Below are positions 1-8,712 of a stretch of 46,717 nt of DNA, piece after piece. Source of the stretch: Lentisphaeria bacterium (lineage in GTDB: Bacteria > Verrucomicrobiota > Lentisphaeria > JABSQK01 > JAWLHB01); contig JAWLHB010000026.1 of NCBI GenBank assembly GCA_041690595.1, positions 62,001-108,717 of the forward strand, in the 5' to 3' direction. A program made the translations under genes and the position numbers. The notes beneath the pieces were generated by a model. It did no database searches. It saw only the letters and a list, made by a program, of their open reading frames with translations, and was not told where the DNA came from. How positions within the stretch are numbered: the first letter of the stretch is position 1; each line of letters opens with the position of its first letter.

Positions 1-95
1 CCCAGCAGAAAGGCGAGCATGATCAGGTTAGAAGCCACGCTGTTGCCGGCCATGTAGGCGATGGGGCCGCGCGTGATGGATCCATTGGTGCTCAT
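1..95 (-). CDS. RND efflux permease (AcrB/AcrD/AcrF family), N-terminus only; runs off the window edge
   Basis: Manual translation from ATG at 95 gives MSTNGSITRGPIAYMAGNSVASNLIMLAFLL, the usual start of RND permeases (..I.Y...N.VA.NL.M). It begins 3 bp after the stop of the membrane fusion protein gene. Confidence 0.75.
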   Translation of the reverse strand, partial: MSTNGSITRGPIAYMAGNSVASNLIMLAFLL

Positions 96-98
96 CGC

Positions 99-1691
99 TC
101 AGCCTCCATGCCGATTAGGAAGGGGGGCATCACGATGCGCTTCCACTTCCGCTGGCGGATTCTCGGCGGCGGGGCGGGGAGTCGCGGCGTCTTTGGTGCC
201 GGTTGTATCCTCCACCCGCAATTCCATTCCTTCCAGCGGAGTGGACAGATCGCTGCTTACGATCATCGCACCAGGTGACAAACCGCCCGTCACGTAGATG
301 GAATCGCGATCGCTCCAACCCACGTCAACCTGGCGGATCGCCAGAGTCTTCTCCGGCGTCATTTCCCAGACGGTGTTGTCATCGCGAACGACACCCCGGG
401 AGAGCTTGATTGTGTCGGGGATCCGCGCCCCCAGGATAGTCACGCTCATGTAGCTTCCCAGAATGAGCGACGGCGTACCCGGTTGGACGGTCAACGGGTC
501 GTCAACGGAGATGAGCACCTGCGCAAGCCGGCCACTGGGTTCAAGATCCGTGAGCAGCCCGCTTACCGTGCCGGTGCGCTGCTGGCCCGCCGGCCAGGCC
601 GACTCATCCCTCAGCACCGCGGGTGAACCCGCGCCCGTGGTCGAGTAGCCGGGTACGCTCAGCCAGCGCAATTGGTCGACCGGTACGGATGCCTTCACCC
701 AGTAAACATCGGTGGCCACCAGCGTTGCAAGTGCGCGGCCGCTGGAGACCTGGGTACCTACCCAGGCGTAGCGCTCCTGCACGACCCCGTCGAATGGAGC
801 GAGAATCGTGGTGCGTTGAAGATTCAGCCTGGCCTTGCTCAGGGCCACCTCCGCGGCGGATTTACCGGCTTCGGCCGCTTCGAGCGCTGCCTTGGCGGCT
901 TCCAGACGGGCGATCGCCGACTCCTTCGAGGTCTGTGCCGCTTCCAACTGCGACGCGGCTACATCGCGCGCCGCGACAGCTGCATCATGGCGAGCCTGCG
1001 CTGCTGCCTGCTGCGGCTGCCGCAATACCAGTTGACGATCCTGATCCGCAATCTCCAGCCCAAGGAGTTCGAATTCCTGTTGAGCCAGCGACTGTTGTCC
1101 TTGCTCCAGCTGCAGCGAGCTGGCCATCTGCACGACATCCGCATCGCGCTGGCGAAGCTCGCCCCGTCGCCGTTCGATCTCGGTCTCCGCAAGCTTGATA
1201 TCCAGTTCGCGCTGCTCGATATCGCTGCGGCGCTGCGCACTCTCGGCTTCAAAGCGTCGCAGGGCCGCTTCCTGATCCGCAACGGCAAGCCGGTAATCCT
1301 CTGGATCGATCGTGAGCATGTGCTCCCCCTTGCTGAATCGGCCGCCGGGGATGAACGTCGGGTTGATATCCGTGACCTCGCCGGCGACACGGGCGGAAAG
1401 CTCGATCGACGTGGCGGGCATCACCGTCCCCATGGCCTGCACCGTCACCTGCTGATCGGAGAGCTGCACTGGCTGCACCGTCACCAGGCGTGCCTGGCGG
1501 GGTGGGCGCTGACGCTGCGCCTTGGGCCGATTCTTGAGCATATATCCCGCAATGAGCAAGCCGCCGACGACGAAGATCGTGATCAGGACCACCGAGATGA
1601 GCACCCGCCAAACTGGAGGGAAGAGCATCGGTTCTTTATTGGAGGGAGGAGGCGAATCCTCTGGAGCGGGTAGTGAATCGTGCTCAGTCAT
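99..1691 (-). CDS. RND efflux periplasmic adaptor (membrane fusion protein)
   Basis: N-terminal TM helix, then G-TV-P...LSARVAGEV lipoyl-like half, a long helical hairpin, TTILAPFDGVV and a beta-barrel. Start placed at ATG 1691 (alternative 1703), overlapping the TolC-family gene stop. Confidence 0.9.
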   Translation of the reverse strand: MTEHDSLPAPEDSPPPSNKEPMLFPPVWRVLISVVLITIFVVGGLLIAGYMLKNRPKAQRQRPPRQARLVTVQPVQLSDQQVTVQAMGTVMPATSIELSARVAGEVTDINPTFIPGGRFSKGEHMLTIDPEDYRLAVADQEAALRRFEAESAQRRSDIEQRELDIKLAETEIERRRGELRQRDADVVQMASSLQLEQGQQSLAQQEFELLGLEIADQDRQLVLRQPQQAAAQARHDAAVAARDVAASQLEAAQTSKESAIARLEAAKAALEAAEAGKSAAEVALSKARLNLQRTTILAPFDGVVQERYAWVGTQVSSGRALATLVATDVYWVKASVPVDQLRWLSVPGYSTTGAGSPAVLRDESAWPAGQQRTGTVSGLLTDLEPSGRLAQVLISVDDPLTVQPGTPSLILGSYMSVTILGARIPDTIKLSRGVVRDDNTVWEMTPEKTLAIRQVDVGWSDRDSIYVTGGLSPGAMIVSSDLSTPLEGMELRVEDTTGTKDAATPRPAAENPPAEVEAHRDAPLPNRHGG

Positions 1692-3126
1692 GGGGAGGGG
1701 CATCCGGATATGAAGGTTCGGCTGACGTGAAGGTAAGGGGAAGCGAGTCTGGCCTTGGCGGCTGCCAGGTGCCGCCGAGGGCGCGGGCAAGTCCGATGTA
1801 CTCCTGCAACAGATCGCTGTAAGCAGTCAAACGGCTGCGAGAGAGGCGCTGTTGACTGGTCAGCGAGGTGAGATAGCGGGTGAAGTCGCCGCTTCCCTTG
1901 ATATAGGTCTCGCGTACTTGGTCGCTTGCCTGCCGTGCCAACTCCAGTTGCCGATCGAGGCTCTCCAGGAAACGCTGCTGGTCCCGCACCAGAGCAAGGC
2001 CATCCGCCACTTCGCTCAGCGCGGCGAGCAGATCGCTTCCGTAGTTGGTGACCGCCTGGCGCAGTACCGCTTCGGTGCGCGCTATCTCCGCCTTGCGCTC
2101 ACCGGCGTCGATGATCGGGCCAACCAGATTGGCGGCAAGATTGGCCAGCCAGTTGTCGAGCAGATCGCGCACCTTCTCGGCGCTTGTTTCCACGTTGACG
2201 GTGAGGCTGAGGCGGGGATAACGATCGGCTATCGCCGCGCCGGTGCGCCAGCCCGCCGCTTCTACCAGTGCCCAGGAGGAAAGCAGATCGGGCCGCCGCT
2301 GCACCCATTCCATCGGCAGTCCCGCAGCGGGTAATGCCGGCAGCGGGGGAGGCCGCGGGATGGTGGGCAGCGGTAGAGTACCCGGTGGCTGCCCTACCAG
2401 CACCGCCAGTTGATGCTCCAGCAGGGAAATGGTGCTTTCCACCAGTATCCGGGTGGAGCGGGTATCCTCCAGCAGTTGTCGCTGCTGCAAGACATCCGCC
2501 GCGCCGACACGGCCGCGCTGAAAACTTCCGGTTATCACATCCAGATAGGTAGCATTGGTCTCAAGTTGATCGTCAATCACCTCCAGTTGGGCATGCAGGA
2601 GGACAAGGCGGTACCAGATCTCCGCCACCCGGCCCGTCAGCGAGAGCGCGGCGGCCTGAAGATCGTACGCCGCGACCTGCGTATCGGCATCCTGAGCACG
2701 GTTGCCGGCGCGCACTCGGCCCCACAGATCCACCTCGTAACTGGCTGCCAGACCCAGGGAGTAGGTATCGCTTCCGTGCCACGAACCGCCGCGGCTTCGC
2801 GTCTCGCGCCGCGATGCGCGGGTGCTGCCATCGACGCTGGGAAAGAGGTCCGCCCGCTCGCGATGAGCAATGGCGGCGGCCTGATCCAGGCGATACCACG
2901 CCGACTGAAGTGTCAGGTTGCCGGTCAATGCCTGATCGATCAAGGCATTGAGAGCGGGATCCTGAAACACCTCCCACCAACGCTCGGGCAGCACCATCGC
3001 ACCGGAAGTGCCCGCGAAGGTCGCCGGGGGAAGCGGCGTAGAGGCCGGCATCCGTCGCGACGGTGACTGACAGGAGGTCGCGATCAGCAGGACAATCGGC
3101 AGGCTCAATTTGAGGAGAGTAGTCAT
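1684..3126 (-). CDS. Efflux outer membrane lipoprotein, NodT/TolC family
   Basis: Lipobox-like LLIATSC, WWEVFQDPALNALI, ASYEVDLWGRVR, RRPDL and terminal LARALGG, all typical of OprM/NodT proteins. Confidence 0.92.
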   Translation of the reverse strand: MTTLLKLSLPIVLLIATSCQSPSRRMPASTPLPPATFAGTSGAMVLPERWWEVFQDPALNALIDQALTGNLTLQSAWYRLDQAAAIAHRERADLFPSVDGSTRASRRETRSRGGSWHGSDTYSLGLAASYEVDLWGRVRAGNRAQDADTQVAAYDLQAAALSLTGRVAEIWYRLVLLHAQLEVIDDQLETNATYLDVITGSFQRGRVGAADVLQQRQLLEDTRSTRILVESTISLLEHQLAVLVGQPPGTLPLPTIPRPPPLPALPAAGLPMEWVQRRPDLLSSWALVEAAGWRTGAAIADRYPRLSLTVNVETSAEKVRDLLDNWLANLAANLVGPIIDAGERKAEIARTEAVLRQAVTNYGSDLLAALSEVADGLALVRDQQRFLESLDRQLELARQASDQVRETYIKGSGDFTRYLTSLTSQQRLSRSRLTAYSDLLQEYIGLARALGGTWQPPRPDSLPLTFTSAEPSYPDAPPHD

Positions 3127-3599
3127 TCGTCTGCCAGTGGGCTGAGTGCATCGGTACAGGTGGAATCTTCGAGGATGTGATCCGAGAGATGTTCCTGAAG
3201 GGTGACCAGAAAACGACGCAGTATCACCTCTTCCTCCGGCTGGAAGCAGTCTATCAAGTCACTATTGATGCTTTGCCAGGCCTGCTCGCACCTGGCAAAA
3301 ACCTCGCGGCCGTGCTCTGTCAGGAAGACGCGCAACGCCCGTTCGTCTTCAGGGCCATGGCGCCGCACGATGAGCCTCGCTTCCTCCATCCGCTGGAGCA
3401 TGCAGCAGAGCGTCGCCGGCGACACATGCATCACCTGTGCCAGATCCCGCTGGGCAATCCCTTCATCATAGCCCACGATGCACATGACATGCCCTTGGCC
3501 GCGGTGCAGACCCACCGCATTGAGGTCTTGTCGCAGGCGATCGCGGGTCAGCTTCGCGGTCCGCAACAGCTGATGAATAAGCAGGTCGGGATGTGACAA
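3123..3599 (-). CDS. MarR family transcriptional regulator
   Basis: Winged-HTH segment QRDLAQVMHVSPATLCCMLQRMEEARLIVR...DERALRVFLTEHG. Start placed at TTG 3599 after a GAGG RBS; ATGA overlap with the TolC-family gene. Confidence 0.9.
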   Translation of the reverse strand: MSHPDLLIHQLLRTAKLTRDRLRQDLNAVGLHRGQGHVMCIVGYDEGIAQRDLAQVMHVSPATLCCMLQRMEEARLIVRRHGPEDERALRVFLTEHGREVFARCEQAWQSINSDLIDCFQPEEEVILRRFLVTLQEHLSDHILEDSTCTDALSPLADE

Positions 3600-3620
3600 T
3601 TCTTTCGCGCCTCGCAGGTT

Positions 3621-3663
3621 AATTAGGAAGCGAATAATATAATGAAATCGCACCAACTGTCAA
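3621..3663 (-). promoter_or_regulatory. Putative sigma70 promoter of the marR-efflux operon with a candidate MarR operator
   Basis: Minus strand TTGACA (3658-3663), 16 bp, TATATT (3636-3641). An imperfect inverted repeat ATTAG-N4-CGAAT lies at 3622-3635, just downstream of the -10. Confidence 0.55.
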
Positions 3664-3675
3664 TACCGGTAGATT

Positions 3676-5184
3676 TCACAAGGTCGTGAGTACCGTCAGG
3701 CTCATGCCTGGAACCACCAGCGACAGGTGGTCGCCATCCTGCACGGTATCCAGCGATTCCGGCTCGGGAGCGAACCCCTTGCGGTGGAGGTTCAACGGGC
3801 GCCGCTGCCGTTCCGGCGGCAGGGAGAGCCGGACTTGGATCTTCTCGACCGGATGATCGTTGACGATCCAGACAGTATGTCCGCCATCTGGCAGTGCTAA
3901 GGCAGCGGCGCTGATGAATGACGAGAAATCGGCTCGTCGCGAGGTACACGGGAGTATTGCCGAGCCGGGACGGTGATACCGCATGAGGGTCGAGAAGCCA
4001 TGATAGAGATGCGGCACGGGAGCGAACCCTTGCCGGCGTGAGCCCAGCCAGCCCCATTGCCCGTCGGTCTTACCCGCGCTCAGAAAGGACCAGACCATGG
4101 CGCCTGAGATGCCTTCATTGATGGCTCGCACCAGTTGTTCGATCATCAACAGCACGGCGTCGTGCTGAGTGACCCGTTCGGTTGCGGGCGACTCGTTGAA
4201 GTACATGGCTCCTGCCTCTGTCAGGCTCAATCGCATGCCCATCCGCTTCGCCGCCGAAAGCGTCGGCCGAAGGTAGCGTTCAATTCCTTCACTCAGGGTA
4301 TAGCCTGGCCAGCGCTTGGAAGGCGGATGATAGTCATAGCGCATGCGCCACATGTGCGCATCGAGTTCGCCGAAGGCCTTTCGCACGCGCTCGGTCAGCC
4401 CTTGATCTTCCAGCATCTCGATATGCCGCTGGAAGAGATTGGCGGTGTTCGGTCCGATGAGTCCAATCTCGCGCAGCCCGGCTGCATCCATGCCTGCACG
4501 AAGTCGCTCGTGCAGGTGAACATAGTACTGCAACGGGTCGCGTTCGGTGGCGGGAAAGAAAAGGTAGGGGGTGACATCGGCGTTGAAGGGCTCGTTGTAG
4601 AGGCAGAGTTGGCGGATTGCCGTGCAACGCCGCTCGCGCACCAGGTGCACCAATACGGGAACGAGCAGGTCATTCACGTAGGCATCGATATCTGCCGGCA
4701 CATCGTGAATATCGTCATGGCGCCAGGCAGGTGGGATGTAGCAGAAGTCCAGCATGATCGTCGATCCGCTTTCCGCCGCCCATTGCTGCAGGCGGTCCAG
4801 CCTGGTGAGATAGCGATGGGCGCCATCGATCCGACCATCGACCATGAGGTCGTCCAACTGCAGCCAGTAGCGGACCCAGCGAATACCCGCGCCGTTCATC
4901 ATGTGGAAGATATGCTCCCAGCCCGCGGCATCGTCTTCGGCGGGAAAGGCCTCCTCCCCCTGGTATGCCGGCGGCCAGTTCGCCCCCAGGCCGTTGTCCA
5001 GGGTGCCGATCGGCTCACTCCCGACGCTTATCTCCACGACAGGAGGGCAAAGGCTCGAGGCGAGCAGCGGATAGCGCATATCCTCAACATCCCGGATCAC
5101 CTGATTGGCAAGCTCAGGCGACATCCCCACCAGGCGCTGGCTGTTGGGGTCGATGACACCGTGCTGCCGCGAATTCTCGTTCAT
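3676..5184 (-). CDS. Putative clan GH-A glycoside hydrolase (GH5/GH30/GH39-like TIM barrel plus C-terminal beta-sandwich)
   Basis: GIRWVRYW strand, acid/base motif LYNEP, nucleophile-like SLTEAG, GAMVWS, and a C-terminal VWIVND...LVVPGMSLTVL beta domain. No evident signal peptide. Confidence 0.65.
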   Translation of the reverse strand: MNENSRQHGVIDPNSQRLVGMSPELANQVIRDVEDMRYPLLASSLCPPVVEISVGSEPIGTLDNGLGANWPPAYQGEEAFPAEDDAAGWEHIFHMMNGAGIRWVRYWLQLDDLMVDGRIDGAHRYLTRLDRLQQWAAESGSTIMLDFCYIPPAWRHDDIHDVPADIDAYVNDLLVPVLVHLVRERRCTAIRQLCLYNEPFNADVTPYLFFPATERDPLQYYVHLHERLRAGMDAAGLREIGLIGPNTANLFQRHIEMLEDQGLTERVRKAFGELDAHMWRMRYDYHPPSKRWPGYTLSEGIERYLRPTLSAAKRMGMRLSLTEAGAMYFNESPATERVTQHDAVLLMIEQLVRAINEGISGAMVWSFLSAGKTDGQWGWLGSRRQGFAPVPHLYHGFSTLMRYHRPGSAILPCTSRRADFSSFISAAALALPDGGHTVWIVNDHPVEKIQVRLSLPPERQRRPLNLHRKGFAPEPESLDTVQDGDHLSLVVPGMSLTVLTTL

Positions 5185-5188
5185 GCTT

Positions 5189-6544
5189 CTACCTTGGATT
5201 TGGGTTCAGCACCTGCTGCTCGCCGGTGGCGCCGGGAGAGTAGCCGGTTGCCGGATTGACAATGGTGTTGGGTAAAGGAGGAATGGTGCCACTGATGAAA
5301 GGATCCTGCGTCTTCTTCATCCAGTTGTCGAGTCGCTGGCGCATCTCCTCAAGCCGCTCCGCATAGTCTGGATCCCCCACCAGGTTGGCCGCTTCGTTTG
5401 GATCTAGCATCAGATCGAAGAGGTATTCCGACTGCTGAGGCCGCTGCCGCCAGCCGTGCGCCACCAGAAACTGTTTGCTTATGCTGTCGTCGCAGTTGGT
5501 CAGGACGGGATGCTTGCGCGGCTCGAGGCGGCGTATGTACTTGAAGCGCTCGGTGCGTACGCAGCGTTGTGGTTCATACGCCGCATGAAAATTGACTTCG
5601 GCAAAGATGGCCTCGTGAAGACTCTCGCGGGAGCCGTCCACCAGAGGAAGCATGGAGCTGCCCTGCAACCACTCCGGCCGCTCCAGGCCACACAACTCGC
5701 ACAGGGTGGGGTAGATGTCCAGGTGACTGACCATGGCTGGGATGCATTTTCCCCCGGTGAAGCCGCCGGGGCCTCGCACGATCAGCATCACCCCGATGCC
5801 ATGGTCCGTGAGGTTGCACTTCATGTGTGGGAAAGCGATGCCGTGGTCCGTCGTGCAGATGATCAACGTCTTCTCCCTGAGCCCAGCCCGGTCGACTGCC
5901 GCCACCACCCTGCCCATGAAACTATCGAGCCGCTTGGCCGCGATTTTGAAATCGGCGAAATCTCGGCGGGTTTCGGGTGTATCCGGGAGGGGCGACGGTG
6001 GCTGGCAGTACCGCGGATCCCCAAGCGGCGAGTCGTTGCCGCAATGCCACTGCAGGCTGTCGCTGTCGTGCTGGGTGCGATGGGTGAGTCCATAGCCGCA
6101 CGCGAGAAAGAAGGGTCGGTCATGCTCGCTGGCGATGAACGCTTCGGCCGCGGCGGTGGCCATTTCCGCATTGCCGTCATCGTCGCCGAGTACCTGCTGA
6201 TAGGGTGGCTTGAGGTTGCCGTTGATCACATGCTGCGCGCCCACCCGCACCGTCCGATAGCCGGCGGCATTGAAGCTGGCGGCCATGTGCTGTCCATAGT
6301 CATTGAGCCGACCGCCCCGGTGACTCAGGGCAAGCATGCCGTTGCTGTGCGCCCACATGCCGGTAAGGAGGCAGGCGCGGCTGGGCGAGCAGGTCGGATT
6401 GCCGCAGAATGCCTTGCGGAACAGGACACCCTCTTCCGCCAGTCGTTGCAGATTAGGCGTTTCGACCGCGAAGCCGTAGGGCTGTATGTAGCGGCCCGTG
6501 TCGTGCGAATGCAGATAGATCACATGTGGACGAGAGGAATTCAC
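5189..6544 (-). CDS. Sulfatase (formylglycine-dependent, N-sulfoglucosamine sulfohydrolase-like)
   Basis: PHVIYLHSHD, CSPSRACLLTG (CxPxR), TTDHG and YLFDL..DPNE..NL. GTG start preceded by GGAGG. Confidence 0.92.
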   Translation of the reverse strand: MNSSRPHVIYLHSHDTGRYIQPYGFAVETPNLQRLAEEGVLFRKAFCGNPTCSPSRACLLTGMWAHSNGMLALSHRGGRLNDYGQHMAASFNAAGYRTVRVGAQHVINGNLKPPYQQVLGDDDGNAEMATAAAEAFIASEHDRPFFLACGYGLTHRTQHDSDSLQWHCGNDSPLGDPRYCQPPSPLPDTPETRRDFADFKIAAKRLDSFMGRVVAAVDRAGLREKTLIICTTDHGIAFPHMKCNLTDHGIGVMLIVRGPGGFTGGKCIPAMVSHLDIYPTLCELCGLERPEWLQGSSMLPLVDGSRESLHEAIFAEVNFHAAYEPQRCVRTERFKYIRRLEPRKHPVLTNCDDSISKQFLVAHGWRQRPQQSEYLFDLMLDPNEAANLVGDPDYAERLEEMRQRLDNWMKKTQDPFISGTIPPLPNTIVNPATGYSPGATGEQQVLNPNPR

Positions 6545-6658
6545 AATCGGCCTCCATCAGACGCTGAATGAATGATTCAGCCGCTAATGTACTTCGGCAA
6601 AAGTGGATTTCTCTTCGTCCTCAACCTGAAATCAGGTGAACTGCTGCACGTTTTCGGG

Positions 6659-7393
6659 TCAGCGATCCATCCATTGTGGAATGCCGAGACGCTGCCACTC
6701 CTGTTCGGAGGAAAAGTCGTCAATGTGGCCATCGAGAAAAACGGCATTCAGACGGAGAGTTCCCTGATGGCGAAACCCGAAGTTGGGATGGGTGCTGCCT
6801 AGCGTATACGGGAAGACCCAGCTCGATGTGGCGCCCCGATTGCTGAAGACGCTGTCGTAGTACAGGGGACAGATGTCCGGACGGCGGATGCGATTCGACT
6901 TGGAGGTTCCACCCCGATTGCGCAAGCTCCACCAGGTGTTCTGGATGGCGAAGGCCGTCGAGCAACCGAGCCAGTTGTTGTAGCCATAGTCCGCGTTCTT
7001 GATGCCGGTGTAACGTTGCGCGGCTGGCGTCGTCGGACATCCCAGCGGCCCCTTCAGCGAAACGACCCAATCCGTTTCCGCTGTGCCGCTCCAGACATAG
7101 CTCCCGCCGACATAGCTGCCTTCCACAAGCGCGATCAGGTTCTTCATCCCCGCCCGCGTACCCCTGTACGTATCCGGATAGATGGTAGGATAGAAATAGT
7201 CGTCGGAATCGCCGACATACATGGTCGAGGCCAGACCTATCTGGCGAAGATTGTTCTGACACTCGCTGGCACGCGCCATGGCACGGGCACGACTCAAGGC
7301 AGGTAGCAGCAGGGACGCCAGGACGGCTATGATTGCCACGACTACAAGCAGCTCGATCAACGTGAAGCAACGGTTCGTACCGGATTGTTTCAT
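6659..7393 (-). CDS. Prepilin-type N-terminal cleavage/methylation protein with C-terminal H-X11-DG motif (DUF1559-like)
   Basis: [28 protein letters not shown]...CQNNLRQIG, central GCP, and [15 protein letters not shown]. Confidence 0.9.
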   Translation of the reverse strand: MKQSGTNRCFTLIELLVVVAIIAVLASLLLPALSRARAMARASECQNNLRQIGLASTMYVGDSDDYFYPTIYPDTYRGTRAGMKNLIALVEGSYVGGSYVWSGTAETDWVVSLKGPLGCPTTPAAQRYTGIKNADYGYNNWLGCSTAFAIQNTWWSLRNRGGTSKSNRIRRPDICPLYYDSVFSNRGATSSWVFPYTLGSTHPNFGFRHQGTLRLNAVFLDGHIDDFSSEQEWQRLGIPQWMDR

Positions 7394-7440
7394 GGACTTC
7401 TTTCCTTTTATCAGGATGTGGCTGAAGCTGTGAATACGCT

Positions 7441-7469
7441 AAGGTAGCCGCTCAGATCCGTAGAATCAA
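7441..7469 (-). promoter_or_regulatory. Putative sigma70 promoter for the prepilin/sulfatase/GH unit
   Basis: Minus strand TTGATT (7464-7469), 17 bp, TACCTT (7441-7446). Confidence 0.5.
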
Positions 7470-7519
7470 CACGTGGTAATAGATTGACCGACTAAAATCA
7501 TCGCAAGCCTCATTCCGAC

Positions 7520-8647
7520 TCAGACTTCGTTGCGGAAGTAGTTGTGGATGTTCTCCACCATGAAGTCGAGGTCGTCCTGAGTCAGGAATTGGTGGCACCC
7601 CATGTGCAGACCATTTTCCCCGACATATTCGGCTTCGGGGAAATCGCCGATCTTGTGTCCAATCCAGGCGAACGTCTCATGCTGAGTTGGCAGACTGCCA
7701 AAGTTCAACTTGCACTGGATGCCATGCTCTTCGAGGTAGGCATACATGCGGGTGAAGTTCAGGCTGGGATCCTTCAACGTAATGCTGAAGGCGTGCGGGC
7801 AGAGGACCTCATGTTCCTCTTCCTGGTTGAACCAGGCGAATTCGGACAGATCGGCGCAATTCTCCATCAGGTACCGCAGGTTCTTCTTGCGGGTCGTGAA
7901 GGTCTCCCAGAAGACGTCAATCGCTTCCAGGCCCAGTGAAGCTTCCAGATCGTTCATCTTGGAGTTGAAGCCAAGCCGGACGAAGTCGAAATAGAGTTTG
8001 CCATCGCGCCGACCGTGGGTGCGGGTGGAACGCAGAACCGCGGCAACTTCCGGATTGTTGGTCGAAACCATGCCCCCTTCGCCGCAGCAGATAAGGTGCG
8101 CGACATAGTAGCTGAAGGTGGCGGCATCGCTGTGGCTGCCGACAAAGTCGCCTCTGTACTTCGCTCCATGTGCTTCGCAGGCGTCCTCCAGGACCTTCAG
8201 GCCATGCTCGCGGGCGATTGCAAGGATCATGTCCATCTCGCAGGGTTTCCCCATGGTATGGACCACCTGAATGGCGCGGGTCCTGGGTGTAATGGCCGCT
8301 TCGATGCGGGTCGGGTCGATGTTCATCGTCTCGCGTTCGATATCCACAAAGACCGGCATGAACCCCGCCGCCAGCACCGCATTGCTGCTGGCGACAAAGG
8401 AAAGGGCCGGTACGATGATCTCATCGCCACGCCGCGCGCCAAAGTCGTGCAGCATCGCACAGGCGTTGATGCCGGCATCGGTACCGGAACTCATGGCGAT
8501 ATTCTCACGATAGCCGAAGAGGTTGCCCCATTTTTCCTCAAACTCCCTGACCTTCGGTCCGCCGGTGGCCCAGTTGGTGTCGCAGCAGTGCAGGAGGTTG
8601 GCACGAGCCTTCTCGCCGATGTGCAATTCGCCGAACTTAATCCGCAT
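7520..8647 (-). CDS. DegT/DnrJ/EryC1/StrS-fold PLP enzyme with active-site His (ColD/E1-type NDP-4-keto-sugar 3-dehydratase)
   Basis: SSGTDA, GDEIIVPALSF, VLEDACEAHG. FSYYVAHLICCGEGG has His where aminotransferases carry the Schiff-base Lys. Start placed at ATG 8647. Confidence 0.8.
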   Translation of the reverse strand: MRIKFGELHIGEKARANLLHCCDTNWATGGPKVREFEEKWGNLFGYRENIAMSSGTDAGINACAMLHDFGARRGDEIIVPALSFVASSNAVLAAGFMPVFVDIERETMNIDPTRIEAAITPRTRAIQVVHTMGKPCEMDMILAIAREHGLKVLEDACEAHGAKYRGDFVGSHSDAATFSYYVAHLICCGEGGMVSTNNPEVAAVLRSTRTHGRRDGKLYFDFVRLGFNSKMNDLEASLGLEAIDVFWETFTTRKKNLRYLMENCADLSEFAWFNQEEEHEVLCPHAFSITLKDPSLNFTRMYAYLEEHGIQCKLNFGSLPTQHETFAWIGHKIGDFPEAEYVGENGLHMGCHQFLTQDDLDFMVENIHNYFRNEV

Positions 8648-8712
8648 GAGGTCTTCCAATTATCAAGTGTTTTGTGGGGGAAAACTAAAGGAAACTGCCA
8701 GATGATCCGTCT

